A stretch of 27,942 bases of DNA, counting the filler, from an uncultured virus (IMG/VR IMGVR_UViG_2522125086_000001) (lineage: Duplodnaviria > Heunggongvirae > Uroviricota > Caudoviricetes). It is 4 parts of one record of this genome, joined end to end, with 100 filler letters (N's around TTAATTAATTAA, not from the genome) between each part and the next. Parts side by side here need not be neighbours in the genome. Positions count along the whole stretch, not along the records: positions 1 to 5,356 come from IMGVR_UViG_2522125086_000001; positions 5,457 to 9,500 come from IMGVR_UViG_2522125086_000001; positions 9,601 to 22,316 come from IMGVR_UViG_2522125086_000001; 1 more part is not named here. One strand, 5' to 3'. Positions 1 to 9,694 of this stretch are shown one piece after another (the first letter of the stretch is position 1; every line of letters begins with the position of its first letter). Below the pieces are notes generated by a model. It made no database searches, was not told where the DNA came from, and worked only from the letters and a program-made list of their open reading frames with translations. The translations under genes were made by a program, and so were the position numbers.

Positions 1-1143
1 ATGAGTTTGCAAAAGATAGGCAAATACATAGAAGAATTTACGAAGAAAAATAAAAATGATGCGCCTTATCCAGTTTATAGTGTAACGAATAGTAATGGAT
101 TTTGTACTGATTATTTTTCCAAGGATGTTTCAGGTCAGGATAAGACAACATATAAAATTGTTCCTAAGGGGTATTTTGCTTACAATCCTTCCCGAATAAA
201 TGTCGGTTCAATAGACTGGCAGAACAGCGAGGATAACGTTATCGTTAGCCCTTTATATGTGGTTTTTAAATGTTCTGACAGTCTTGATCAAGACTATTTA
301 AAATACTTTTTAAAATCTTCTGTTGGAGTGCGTTTAATAAACGAAAAGACTTCAGGATCGGTAAGAAACAGCCTTAAGTTTAAGGAACTCTCGGAATTTG
401 AACTCAATATTGTTGATGTTGAAGAGCAACGTAAAATTGTAAATACACTTAAGTTGATTGAGTCTGCTATAGAGAATGAAAAGAAACAAATAAATTTATA
501 TGATGAGCTTGTTAAAGCCCGATTTGTCGAGATGTTTGGAGATCCGGTTTTAAATGAGAAAGGCTGGAACACAAAACCGTTATTAGAGATGGGCTCTTGC
601 AAGAATGGCATGAATTTTCATTATGAAGATAGTGGTATTGATATAAACTGTTTGGGTGTAGGTGATTTTAAAGAATATTCAGTTATTGAGAATACTGCAT
701 TATTACCAATAGTATCTTTAAACAAAATGCCTGAACCAGAATATTTGTTACAAGATGATGACATTGTATTTGTGAGATCCAATGGAAATAAAGCCCTAGT
801 TGGTAGAAGCGTGGCAGTTTATCCTGGTACCACACCAACGACGTTCAGTGGTTTTTGCATAAGATATAGAAAACATGATGATGCTATTACTATTCCATAT
901 TTACTAAGAGTGCTAAAGACTGACTCTATCAGAATGAAAATGGCGGGAAGAGGGGCAAATATTCAGAATTTGAACCAACAAATACTAGGTGCACTAATAA
1001 TTCCTGTGCCACCTATAGATTTACAAAAACAGTTTTCAGAATTTATCAAACACATCGACAAATCAAAATTTGTTGCTAAAAAAAGATTAAAGCTATACGA
1101 GGAATTATTGGAAAAGAAAACATACGATTTTTATATCCGCTAG
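1..1143 (+). CDS. hsdS: Type I restriction-modification specificity subunit
   Basis: 380 aa with two TRD-like halves separated by conserved helical spacers (EEQRKIV...LVKARFVEMFGDP; IPVPPIDLQKQF...IDKSKF); directly upstream of hsdR. Confidence 0.92.
   Translation: MSLQKIGKYIEEFTKKNKNDAPYPVYSVTNSNGFCTDYFSKDVSGQDKTTYKIVPKGYFAYNPSRINVGSIDWQNSEDNVIVSPLYVVFKCSDSLDQDYLKYFLKSSVGVRLINEKTSGSVRNSLKFKELSEFELNIVDVEEQRKIVNTLKLIESAIENEKKQINLYDELVKARFVEMFGDPVLNEKGWNTKPLLEMGSCKNGMNFHYEDSGIDINCLGVGDFKEYSVIENTALLPIVSLNKMPEPEYLLQDDDIVFVRSNGNKALVGRSVAVYPGTTPTTFSGFCIRYRKHDDAITIPYLLRVLKTDSIRMKMAGRGANIQNLNQQILGALIIPVPPIDLQKQFSEFIKHIDKSKFVAKKRLKLYEELLEKKTYDFYIR
521..1064. repeat. 18-bp imperfect inverted repeat flanking hsdS TRD2 (521-538 and 1047-1064)
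   Basis: GATTTGTCGAGATGTTTG versus the reverse complement of CAAACACATCGACAAATC (GATTTGTCGATGTGTTTG), 16/18 identical. Confidence 0.7.
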
Positions 1144-1156
1144 AGGGGTGGTTTAA

Positions 1157-3997
1157 TTGGCTCGAAGTGAAAAAGATACCCGTGAGCAGCTGATAGACCC
1201 TAAACTGAAGCAGGCAGGTTGGGCAGTATTAGCTACTAAACATGTTATGGAAAAAAGTAAGGCAGGCATTGAAACTCCTGTAACAGGAATGCCAAAGACA
1301 GGACAAAATCCTACCGGTAAGGGGTTTGTTGATTACACTCTTTTTGGTGATGATGGTAAACCTTTAGCAATAATTGAAGCAAAAAAGTCCGTCATTAATG
1401 CTGAGCAAGGACGTGTTCAGGCATGCCTTTACGCGGACTGTTTGGAAAAACAGTACGGAATAAGACCTATCATATATTATACAAATGGGTATTCTATCCA
1501 CGTAATTGATGGAGTATATCCAGCTCGAGAAGTATTTGGTTTCCATAAAAAAGAAGAGTTAGAGTATCTTATTCAGCGTAGAAATAAGCCGATTACGGAT
1601 TCTGAACCAAACGAAGATATATGTAATAGATATTACCAAAAAGATGCCATCAGAGAAGTTTTAAAACATCTCGGTACAAAGCATTCACGCTCTCTTATCG
1701 TTCTTGCTACGGGAACTGGTAAAACACGTGTTTCTTGTGCGATTTCAGAGATTTTTATTAGAAATAACTTTGCAAAACGTATACTGTTTCTTGCTGATAG
1801 AAAGAACCTTGTAGTTCAGGCAAAAGAAGAAACATTTGAAAAATATCTCCCTACGCTTCCGATGGCCACAATCATTGATGGAAAGATTAATGGTTCCAAG
1901 GAGGCTCGAATTATTTTTTCAACCTATCAGTCGATGCTTTCAATGATTAAGGATACTTCTACATGTCCTTATGGTATTGGCCATTTCGATCTTATTATTG
2001 TTGATGAAGCTCATCGAAGCCTGTTCAATAAATACGCTGAAATATTTGATTATTTTGATGCCCTAATGATAGGTTTAACAGCAACACCTAGAAATGACAT
2101 CCATAAGTCAACATATAGGGTATTCAATCTTGATGATGAAGAACCAAACTATGAGTACGACCTTGTTAAAGCTGTAAAAGACGGATTCTTAACGTATTTC
2201 AGAGCTCTTGATAGAACTCCAGATATTTTAAAGAATGGTCTTACGTACGAAGAGTTATCTGAGGAGGAGAAGGAACAGTATGAGGAACTTTTTACCGATG
2301 ATGATGGAACGATACCTGAAAAGATAGAAGGAAAACAATTCTATTCTTACATCACAAACATTGATACGATACGTCAAGTTTTAAAAGATTTAATGGAGGA
2401 AGGTATCAAGGTCAATGGAGGCGATATTTTAGGGAAAACAATTATTTTTGCTAGAGATCATAATCACGCTATTATGATTCAGAAAGAATTTAGAAAATTG
2501 TACCCTGAATTGTGTAATCCGACAGCTGTAAATGGAGTGGATTACTGCGTTGTCATTGATAACAAAATCAAATACAACGAAGTCCTTCAGAAGGAATTTA
2601 AGTATAAGCAAGAAATACGTATCGTTGTATCTGTCGATATGATGGATACAGGTGTAGATATACCAGAGGTCGTTAATCTTGTCTTTTTTAAGAGGGTTAT
2701 GTCAAAAACAAAGTTCTGGCAGATGATAGGACGGGGAACTAGACTTTGTGAGGATGCTAATGTTATTTCCCCGTCTAAACCGTATTTCGAACGCTTAACT
2801 AATGATACAAATCGGCAACATTATATATCAAAACAAGGATTTCTCATCTTCGATGTGTGTAATGTATTTCCATTTTTTAAGGAAAATCCGGATGGTAGAG
2901 AAGATAGAGCTGATGCTGTTTTATCATTAAATCAAAAGATTTACATGGAGAAGGTGGCGTTATTAAAAGCTCTTCAAAATAATCACAGTAAGCTTAATGA
3001 TGCCGAGAGAACGTTTGAAAAGGAATTGAAGCTATTCTTAGTTGAAGAGGTTATAAACATGAATCCTAATTATATTGGGGTTCAGAAGAACATAAAACAA
3101 GTGGAAAAGTATGCTAAGCCGGAAAATTGGAATAACCTTAATCAACAGATGTTCGTTGAGATAAAAAAGCATATAGCCCCAAATGTGATTGGTGTAATTG
3201 ATTTAGAATCAGCAAGATTTTTTGATTTACTATGTTATAAGTATTCGGCTACTAAATTTAATAAAAACAGTGATTTTACGACGACGGCTAAGTCAATTTA
3301 TAGTTTGGCTGTGTACTTGCTTGATAATAAACTGCATATCTATGAGGTAAGTGCTCATAAGGAGACGCTTGAATATATTACAACTGAGGATTTTCTGACA
3401 CATACAAGTGTGGTTAAGATGGAAGATATCAGAATTAATATACGAGAGTTAATGAGGTATATCGAGAAAGAAATTATTGAGCCAATCGTTTCAGATTTTA
3501 ACGATAGAATAGATAAATTAAACGATGCTGTTGACTACGATGTTGATTTTTCAGTTTCAATCGATGATTTTAAGACCTTTAAGGAAAAGGTTGAATTTTA
3601 TATAGAGGAACACCCGTCAGATCTTCTCATTAATCAGGTTGCTCTTTTTAACAAAGTTACGACTGAAGCAGTTGAAGCCTTCAAATGTGAGATTAAAAAG
3701 CTAGCAAAGACTGATGATGAGTATACAGACTTGTTTGGATGTGATGAAAACATTCCTGTATTTGTAAGAAGAAAATGCGGGATTAAGGAAGATGCTATCA
3801 AAGCTTTCGTTGAGTTTGAATCTTTAAAGGGATACTCGCTTCGACAGTTGAGTTATATTGAGGAACTCCTTAAGTACATTTCTCAGAATGGGACATTTGA
3901 CAGAAAGGACTTGTTACAGGAAGAATTGTATTTTGACGAATTGTTTAATAGTTCAGAAATAAATATGGTTTTAACTGATATAGAAGATAGATTGTAA
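1157..3997 (+). CDS. hsdR: Type I restriction enzyme R subunit (EcoKI/EcoEI-like)
   Basis: TTG start after GAGGGG; nuclease motif VDY...IIEAKK; Walker A LATGTGKT; DEAHRS; TATP; DTGVDIP; QMIGRGTR. Confidence 0.93.
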   Translation: MARSEKDTREQLIDPKLKQAGWAVLATKHVMEKSKAGIETPVTGMPKTGQNPTGKGFVDYTLFGDDGKPLAIIEAKKSVINAEQGRVQACLYADCLEKQYGIRPIIYYTNGYSIHVIDGVYPAREVFGFHKKEELEYLIQRRNKPITDSEPNEDICNRYYQKDAIREVLKHLGTKHSRSLIVLATGTGKTRVSCAISEIFIRNNFAKRILFLADRKNLVVQAKEETFEKYLPTLPMATIIDGKINGSKEARIIFSTYQSMLSMIKDTSTCPYGIGHFDLIIVDEAHRSLFNKYAEIFDYFDALMIGLTATPRNDIHKSTYRVFNLDDEEPNYEYDLVKAVKDGFLTYFRALDRTPDILKNGLTYEELSEEEKEQYEELFTDDDGTIPEKIEGKQFYSYITNIDTIRQVLKDLMEEGIKVNGGDILGKTIIFARDHNHAIMIQKEFRKLYPELCNPTAVNGVDYCVVIDNKIKYNEVLQKEFKYKQEIRIVVSVDMMDTGVDIPEVVNLVFFKRVMSKTKFWQMIGRGTRLCEDANVISPSKPYFERLTNDTNRQHYISKQGFLIFDVCNVFPFFKENPDGREDRADAVLSLNQKIYMEKVALLKALQNNHSKLNDAERTFEKELKLFLVEEVINMNPNYIGVQKNIKQVEKYAKPENWNNLNQQMFVEIKKHIAPNVIGVIDLESARFFDLLCYKYSATKFNKNSDFTTTAKSIYSLAVYLLDNKLHIYEVSAHKETLEYITTEDFLTHTSVVKMEDIRINIRELMRYIEKEIIEPIVSDFNDRIDKLNDAVDYDVDFSVSIDDFKTFKEKVEFYIEEHPSDLLINQVALFNKVTTEAVEAFKCEIKKLAKTDDEYTDLFGCDENIPVFVRRKCGIKEDAIKAFVEFESLKGYSLRQLSYIEELLKYISQNGTFDRKDLLQEELYFDELFNSSEINMVLTDIEDRL

Positions 3998-4066
3998 GGT
4001 TCATCATACTGCGGAGCTTAACTTACTACTGGTTATGTGCCGCTTATATTTAGACATAATTCATGG

Positions 4067-4097
4067 AAAAGCGGTGTAGATTTCTCTTGCACCGCTT
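4067..4097. terminator. Probable intrinsic terminator between the convergent hsdR and sigma-like genes
   Basis: AAGCGGTGTA...TGCACCGCTT stem with a T-tract on the minus strand. Confidence 0.6.
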
Positions 4098-4125
4098 GAA
4101 GGAGGGAATAAACTCATCTTACAGA

Positions 4126-4743
4126 CTATCTGCTCATGACCTTTATCCCGATTTCTTTGGCCAGGTCCAATAGGTAACGTACTCGTCGTTCAGGAATGCC
4201 TTCAATTTCTGCTATCTCTGCTGCTGAATATCCATAACGGGAGCAGAGGTCGAAGACCTTACCGATTTGAGGATCTTTTTTGTTAATAGCCTTCAGAATA
4301 GTGTCCAGGTCCATTTCCCTTTCAAAACCATCCTCGTCAGTGGCAACGTAACCGTTCAGTTCCTCCGGTTCACCATATTCGATTACTCTTGGCTGCCGAT
4401 AATTGCAATAAGGACATTTTGAACATTTTTTTTCATCAGGGCATCTGATTAATTTCCCCGATTTTCCCTGAATCATGCATCGGGAATTCCGGTATTCCCG
4501 TCTGTGTTGGTTGTCTAAGCAGTTCCAAAGGTACTTAGCAACTTCCAGGTCGGGAGTTTCAGCAAATCCAACGAGAGCCTTTGGTGAGGTTCCAAATGGG
4601 ATATGCTGACATTTGTTTCTTGGAAAACCATGTTCTTCACGGTCTTTCTCATCTTTAAATACTTCAATAGGCGCATCGTAAACTAAAATTCCATTAGCGT
4701 TAATTCTTCCTTTAAATTGTCTCTGATTAGCTGTGTTTGCCAT
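4126..4743 (-). CDS. Sigma70 region-4/ECF-like transcription factor of the element
   Basis: C-terminal region-4 HTH (YGYSAAEIAEIEGIPERRVRYLL); central Cys cluster (RCPDEKKCSKCPYC); typical of this class of prophage-like islands. Confidence 0.7.
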   Translation of the reverse strand: MANTANQRQFKGRINANGILVYDAPIEVFKDEKDREEHGFPRNKCQHIPFGTSPKALVGFAETPDLEVAKYLWNCLDNQHRREYRNSRCMIQGKSGKLIRCPDEKKCSKCPYCNYRQPRVIEYGEPEELNGYVATDEDGFEREMDLDTILKAINKKDPQIGKVFDLCSRYGYSAAEIAEIEGIPERRVRYLLDLAKEIGIKVMSR

Positions 4744-4745
4744 AA

Positions 4746-4914
4746 TTCACCTGTTCGGTTATTCCGAAGCGGTGAAACCATTCATGGCAGTACTGTCTTG
4801 TGTTCATTTCCGGCTACCCCACATTCGGAAGGTAACCAGCGGTGCATGACACTGGAGTGTTCTAAAATGCCTACCTGTTTTGGCCATGCACTCGTCAATT
4901 TGCAACTTGACGAG
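4746..4914 (-). ncRNA. Candidate structured cis-regulatory leader of the sigma-like gene
   Basis: Four consecutive stems (4891-4914, 4842-4891, 4810-4839, 4746-4776); the last one sequesters the AGGTGA RBS. Confidence 0.5.
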
Positions 4915-4990
4915 CCTCAACAGATTGGCGGCTTAGGTAGTTCATCTGAACTACTATCGACATGTTAGAGGATTTGAATTTTTCATGATT

Positions 4991-5141
4991 GGCACGTCGT
5001 GCCTATTTAAGAAGAGAATAGAAATACGAAAAAAGCTAGAGTTGATAGGGCTTTAGTGCAAACTCTAGCTTTTCAGAAAGAAGGAGGAATATTGAGAAAG
5101 GTGTGTTTACTATGAAGGTAAATAGGCATGCCGTGCCTATT
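4991..5141. promoter_or_regulatory. Two palindromic operator-like sites GGCAYGNCGTGCCTATT (4991-5007, 5125-5141)
   Basis: GGCACGTCGTGCCTATT and GGCATGCCGTGCCTATT lie between the XRE-containing regulator gene and the sigma-like gene. Confidence 0.5.
5031..5073 (-). terminator. Terminator downstream of the ImmA/IrrE-XRE gene
   Basis: Perfect 13-bp stem AAAAGCTAGAGTT/AACTCTAGCTTTT with A/T tracts. Confidence 0.7.
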
Positions 5142-5264
5142 AATTCTTAGAAAATTCTAAAAAATCTCCTATGTATGGTTCAAGGTATTCAACAGCAGCT
5201 TCAATTGAGTCACCGTATTTTACATGAAGTGCTTCTTGAATCCATTGATGTGTTTCATTGGTTG

Positions 5265-5818
5265 TGTCGATGACCAGATAATATGTCCCTCTTTTGCTCA
5301 ATCGGTTTGTCCCAATATCTGAACTTCGGAGATACAATATTGCTCACTGGCTTTGTNNNNNNNNNNNNNNNNNNNNNNNNNNNNNNNNNNNNNNNNNNNN
5401 TTAATTAATTAANNNNNNNNNNNNNNNNNNNNNNNNNNNNNNNNNNNNNNNNNNNNATCAGACTCCGGAGGCTGGTTAACCTGAAAGCTACTTCGATGAA
5501 CATTGGGAAGTCATATCCTACGGCTTCCCTCAAAATCAATAGATCTTCCTAAAAATACTTCTCACGTTTCGGAAAAGCAAATTTGCTTCTTCCTCTCTGG
5601 TAACTTAGCAATATCTATTTATCTCATTCTTTATTCCGGTGTAATCACTCCAGATTTAGGATTACTGTATCTGGTGTAAAAAAATCTGTTACAGCTGTAA
5701 CCCGTAATTTACAGGTGTAACGAAATGATCTGGAGGGGCAAAATCACTGAGCAGAATGAAAGTTAGTGCCGGACAAACCTAGCAAGCAAAAAAGGGACAG
5801 ACTCAGAGAGCATCGACA
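5265..5818. mobile_element. IS21-family-like element (interior collapsed in an assembly gap)
   Basis: Ends TGTCGATG...CATCGACA; tandem ~19-bp subterminal repeats (TGCTCAnTGrnTTTGTCCC-like) at both ends; 5-bp TSD GGTTG at 5260-5264 and 5819-5823; family inferred from end structure only. Confidence 0.8.
5357..5456. other. Assembly gap with artificial linker
   Basis: N-run containing TTAATTAATTAA (stops in all frames); the same construct occurs at all three gaps. Confidence 0.95.
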
Positions 5819-8800
5819 GGTTGGACTAAGTCTGATGTTAAAGACATCTAAGAGTTTACTGCTAATACAAGGAGGCAGGTGCAGAGCAAAACAGATAAGA
5901 ACAACAGTTTTTAGGTCTGGCTCGTTCTTGCCATTGATGATTCTGCTAATTGTTGTTGGATCTCTTCCAATGGTGTAAGCAAGTTCGTTCTGCTTTACGT
6001 TTCGCCAAACTAACAGTTGTTTTAAGCATTTAGTAGGGTCGTCTGTCATATCCCTTCGTATCTTAAGGGCTTCAGCCATGACATTTTTTCTGTGTTCGGT
6101 CTGTTTTTCCTTTGGTGCTGTTTTCAGTTCGTTATGAAAACTAACTTCAAAAGTTACATCACTTTCGTCACGATTAAGAAAACAAACAGTTTGGTAATCT
6201 TTGTTTATATTATTCTTGATTTTTAAATCAAATACCAAACAGCACTCATCCATATGGGCGAGGGCATAATCAGTGAGTTCAAGCCGTCCGTCAGCTGAGG
6301 TTTGAACATACTGAGGCGCATTGTAGACAAAATGGTTGTCAACGAATAGGTAGTCCCCATTTTCAGTTAGATTACGCAGTTCTTGGTTTTTAAACCTTTC
6401 CACTGCCGCATCATAGGCTGATATGGAGAATGTTTGGTTTGGTTTAAGGAGTCCCGGTTTAAAGCTATGTGCTTTAACGTAATGACCATCAACATATGTG
6501 TAGGCTCCAACAGCCTGGTGAAAGCCTAATTGAACGAGTCTGATTTTGGCGGATTGTCTTGAAACATTGAATTCTTGTGCAAGATTATCTATGACTTGCT
6601 CCATGACTTCAAACTCATACTTGGCACGGTTCAGCCGTTGGAGGTTTACAATATATTCCTTGGCTCTTGCCTTAAATGGTTCGGCGGGCATTTGAATTCT
6701 TGGGGCTAACTGGTTTGCTTGCCATTCTATGAATTTTAATTCTTCTTGGGCTTTCTGTTGTTCAGTCTTAGTAGCCACTTCACAGGTGATGCGAGAGACC
6801 TTTGAGTCAAAGAGTTTCTCTAGTAGAAATGCCTTTCTGTGCATAACCCAGTGAACACATTCGTGGATGATGGTGTTGTTTATTGAGCCATAACTTGAAA
6901 AGCAAAACCTATAAGGATCAACAACAATAGTCCGAGCACTTATGTGTGATGAACCATCACTGAATAGATCAGAGACATCAGCATCAGTGTCTTCAAAATA
7001 AATCTGACCAAATACAGAATCGCTTCGAATTACCTTTTGTTCTACCTTTAGGCCTAGTGTTTCAGCCAAAATAAAGGGATCAACTGTAACAGGAATTCCT
7101 CCCGATGCTCGTGATAAAGCGTTAGGATAGTACGATTTTAAGAATTCTGTTGCAATATCCTCTAATTGTTCTGAAGAAATGTATGGAACCAGGGAATCGG
7201 ATAAACAGTTGGTAGGAGCATTCTTTTTGAAATATTGTACGATTTCATCAGTTTGGATCTCCCATTCCTTTATGTCTTTTGAGAGATCCCCTGTGCATGG
7301 GACACGAATCCATGGAGTACATGTGTCACTTTCGTCAAAATGATAATCTGCTTCCCTGACTTCTAATTCCAATTCGAGAATAACATCAAAGGCTATTTTC
7401 GTTCCTGGCAAATCATTTACATAGACTTTATTTATTCTTGTGTCCAACAGTTCTATTTCGCCGATTTCCTGAACTTTACGTAATTTAAGCTCTAGAGTAT
7501 CTCCATGCTCATTGAGATACTCTGATGCCACGTTGCAAAGTTCATCGATAAAATTATTGTTTAAGAATTTTGTAAATGAATGGCCAAAAGCCATAGGTTA
7601 TTCTCCTTATAATTTCTTCCCCGTTCTAAGAAGAGTTAAACAATTTTTGAAATAAATAATAGTTTCGAGTGTTCTAATATATCACAAGATTTCAAAAAAA
7701 AGATTGTGTGTCAATGATTAGAGATAAATCAGCTATTGATGATATAACAAATGTAACTAATCCTTTTTATAAAACCCGCACTCATACCCATCCGCTCTGA
7801 GTACCAGTCCCGGAATCCACTCAGGCGTTCTGCCCATCTGTTCACAAATCTTCTCTAACGATACCTTTTCGGAACATTCAATGATTAGTTCGTCATGAAC
7901 GTGGCCGACGATGAAGCAGTGTTTCAGAGTTTGCATGGCATAGGCAAGAATGTCCCGGCTGACAGCCTGAACGATGTTTTCCACAAACTTAGGTCCGTAG
8001 CTCTCGATTCTGCTCCATTTCTTGGTTGCATCAATCCCCATATAGGTGACACTCTCGCCACCGAATTGGTTCATGCCGATACGGGGCTGAACGTAGGCAA
8101 GCTTTCTGCCAGAAGGTAGGGTGATGAACAACATGCCGTTTTTAACGGTGAATTCCAGACAGCCGACTTTCTCAGTGGTGTGTAACTGAACAGCTGTCTT
8201 TACCGCATTATCTATCTGCCACCAGAAAGAGACTATGTTCGGATTTGAATTTCTCCACATATTAACCAGCGGTTGCAGTTCATCCTCGGAAAGTCCCATA
8301 TCTAGTGCTCCCATGGCTTTAAGGGCTCCGACAGATCCGCCGTAACCAAGGGCGAGTTCCGCTATTTTACCTTTCTGCCTTAAATGACTGTTGGCTCCGT
8401 GCTTTTCCACGGGAACATGGAACATCTGACTGGCGCTGGCACAGTAGATATCACCGCCATTGCGGAATACATCTGTACGCCACTGCTCTCCTGCCAGGTG
8501 ACTCAAGACTCTTGCTTCAATGGCACTGAAGTCAGAAACGATAAACTTGTAACCGGGACGTGGGATGAAAGCTGTACGGATTAACTCTGACAGAACATTC
8601 GGAACAGAGTCATACAGCATATTCAGCATTTCATAGTCACCGGCTTTCACTAAATCACGTGCCTGTTCCAAATCTGACATATGATTCTGAGGTAGATTCT
8701 GGAGTTGAATCAGTCTTCCTGCCCAGCGTCCGGAACGGTTCGCTCCGTAAAAAAAGAACATGCCTCTACATCGACCGTCTGAACATACCGCGTTTTGCAT

Positions 8801-9409
8801 CGCTTGATATTTCCGAACGGAACTCTTAGCCAGTTGCAATCGAAGGGATAGAACTTCTGCTAGATCTTCCGGTACGGTCTTGAGCATGGCAGTCACATCT
8901 TTCTTGCCGAGACTTTCGACTTCCATGCCTTTCTGCTCCAAATATTCTTTCATCTGAATTACTGAGTTAGGATTTGAAAGCCCCGTCTTTTTTTGCATGC
9001 GATCCATCAAATCAGTCTTGGTGAGTTCATCAATCCGTAGAGCTTCTCCTACCATGTTCTGATCGATCATAATGCCACGATCATTGATTTCTTGATCCAA
9101 GTGATATTCATCCCAGACGAAGTCTGGAACTGGATAGTTCTGCAGTCGCTCTTGGATCTGCTGTTCGACCTGCACATCTCTCGCATTGTATTTCTTGAAA
9201 AGATTCCATTTCTCCGGCGCGTGCTGTGGCAGGTTCCAAGTGCGGCCACCATTAGATTTTGTCGGTTTGCAGGGGCAACAGAAGTACTTGATCAGTTCTT
9301 TTCCTTCTTTCAGTTTCTGCTCTTCAAATCCCAGAACTGCTCCAACCTTCTCTAAAGAAAGCGGAAGCCCATTGTATGCAGCCCACACTAAAGCACATTT
9401 CCAAGAATA

Positions 9410-9694
9410 CCTTTGTTCCGCACCCAATGACGACAATACGAATGGACAGTCCTTATGTGATAAGGAGTCTGTCCAATTATCAAATTAGAATTTTGCTATG
9501 NNNNNNNNNNNNNNNNNNNNNNNNNNNNNNNNNNNNNNNNNNNNTTAATTAATTAANNNNNNNNNNNNNNNNNNNNNNNNNNNNNNNNNNNNNNNNNNNN
9601 TTTCAAAGGTAAAAAAAACGTTCAAGACTTATGTGAATTGAACGTATCGCTCATTGAATCTTAAGAATTACAGGGATCAGTTGCGGAACAAAGG
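9410..9694. mobile_element. IS with 13-bp TIRs and long TSD (interior in gap)
   Basis: CCTTTGTTCCGCA at 9410-9422 and TGCGGAACAAAGG at 9682-9694; subterminal hairpins at 9443-9475 and 9618-9645. Confidence 0.85.
9501..9600. other. Assembly gap with artificial linker
   Basis: N-run with TTAATTAATTAA. Confidence 0.95.

Larger units (their letters stand above)
5140..7594 (-). pseudogene. ImmA/IrrE-family metallopeptidase with C-terminal XRE HTH, interrupted near its 3' end by an IS21-like element (reconstructed 631 aa)
   Basis: HEXXH (IIHECVHW), EWQANQLAPRIQMP, XRE HTH (QNELAYTIGRDPTTISRIING); removing 5265-5818 plus one TSD copy joins ...LSPT to NETHQWIQEAL...SKN* in frame. Confidence 0.85.

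Noticed and set aside
5140..5337. Independent 65-aa gene
   Set aside because: Chimera of IS end sequence and the regulator's true C-terminus
5401..5412. TTAATTAATTAA palindrome repeated three times (also 9545-9556 and 22361-22372)
   Set aside because: Always centred in N-runs; an artificial contig linker
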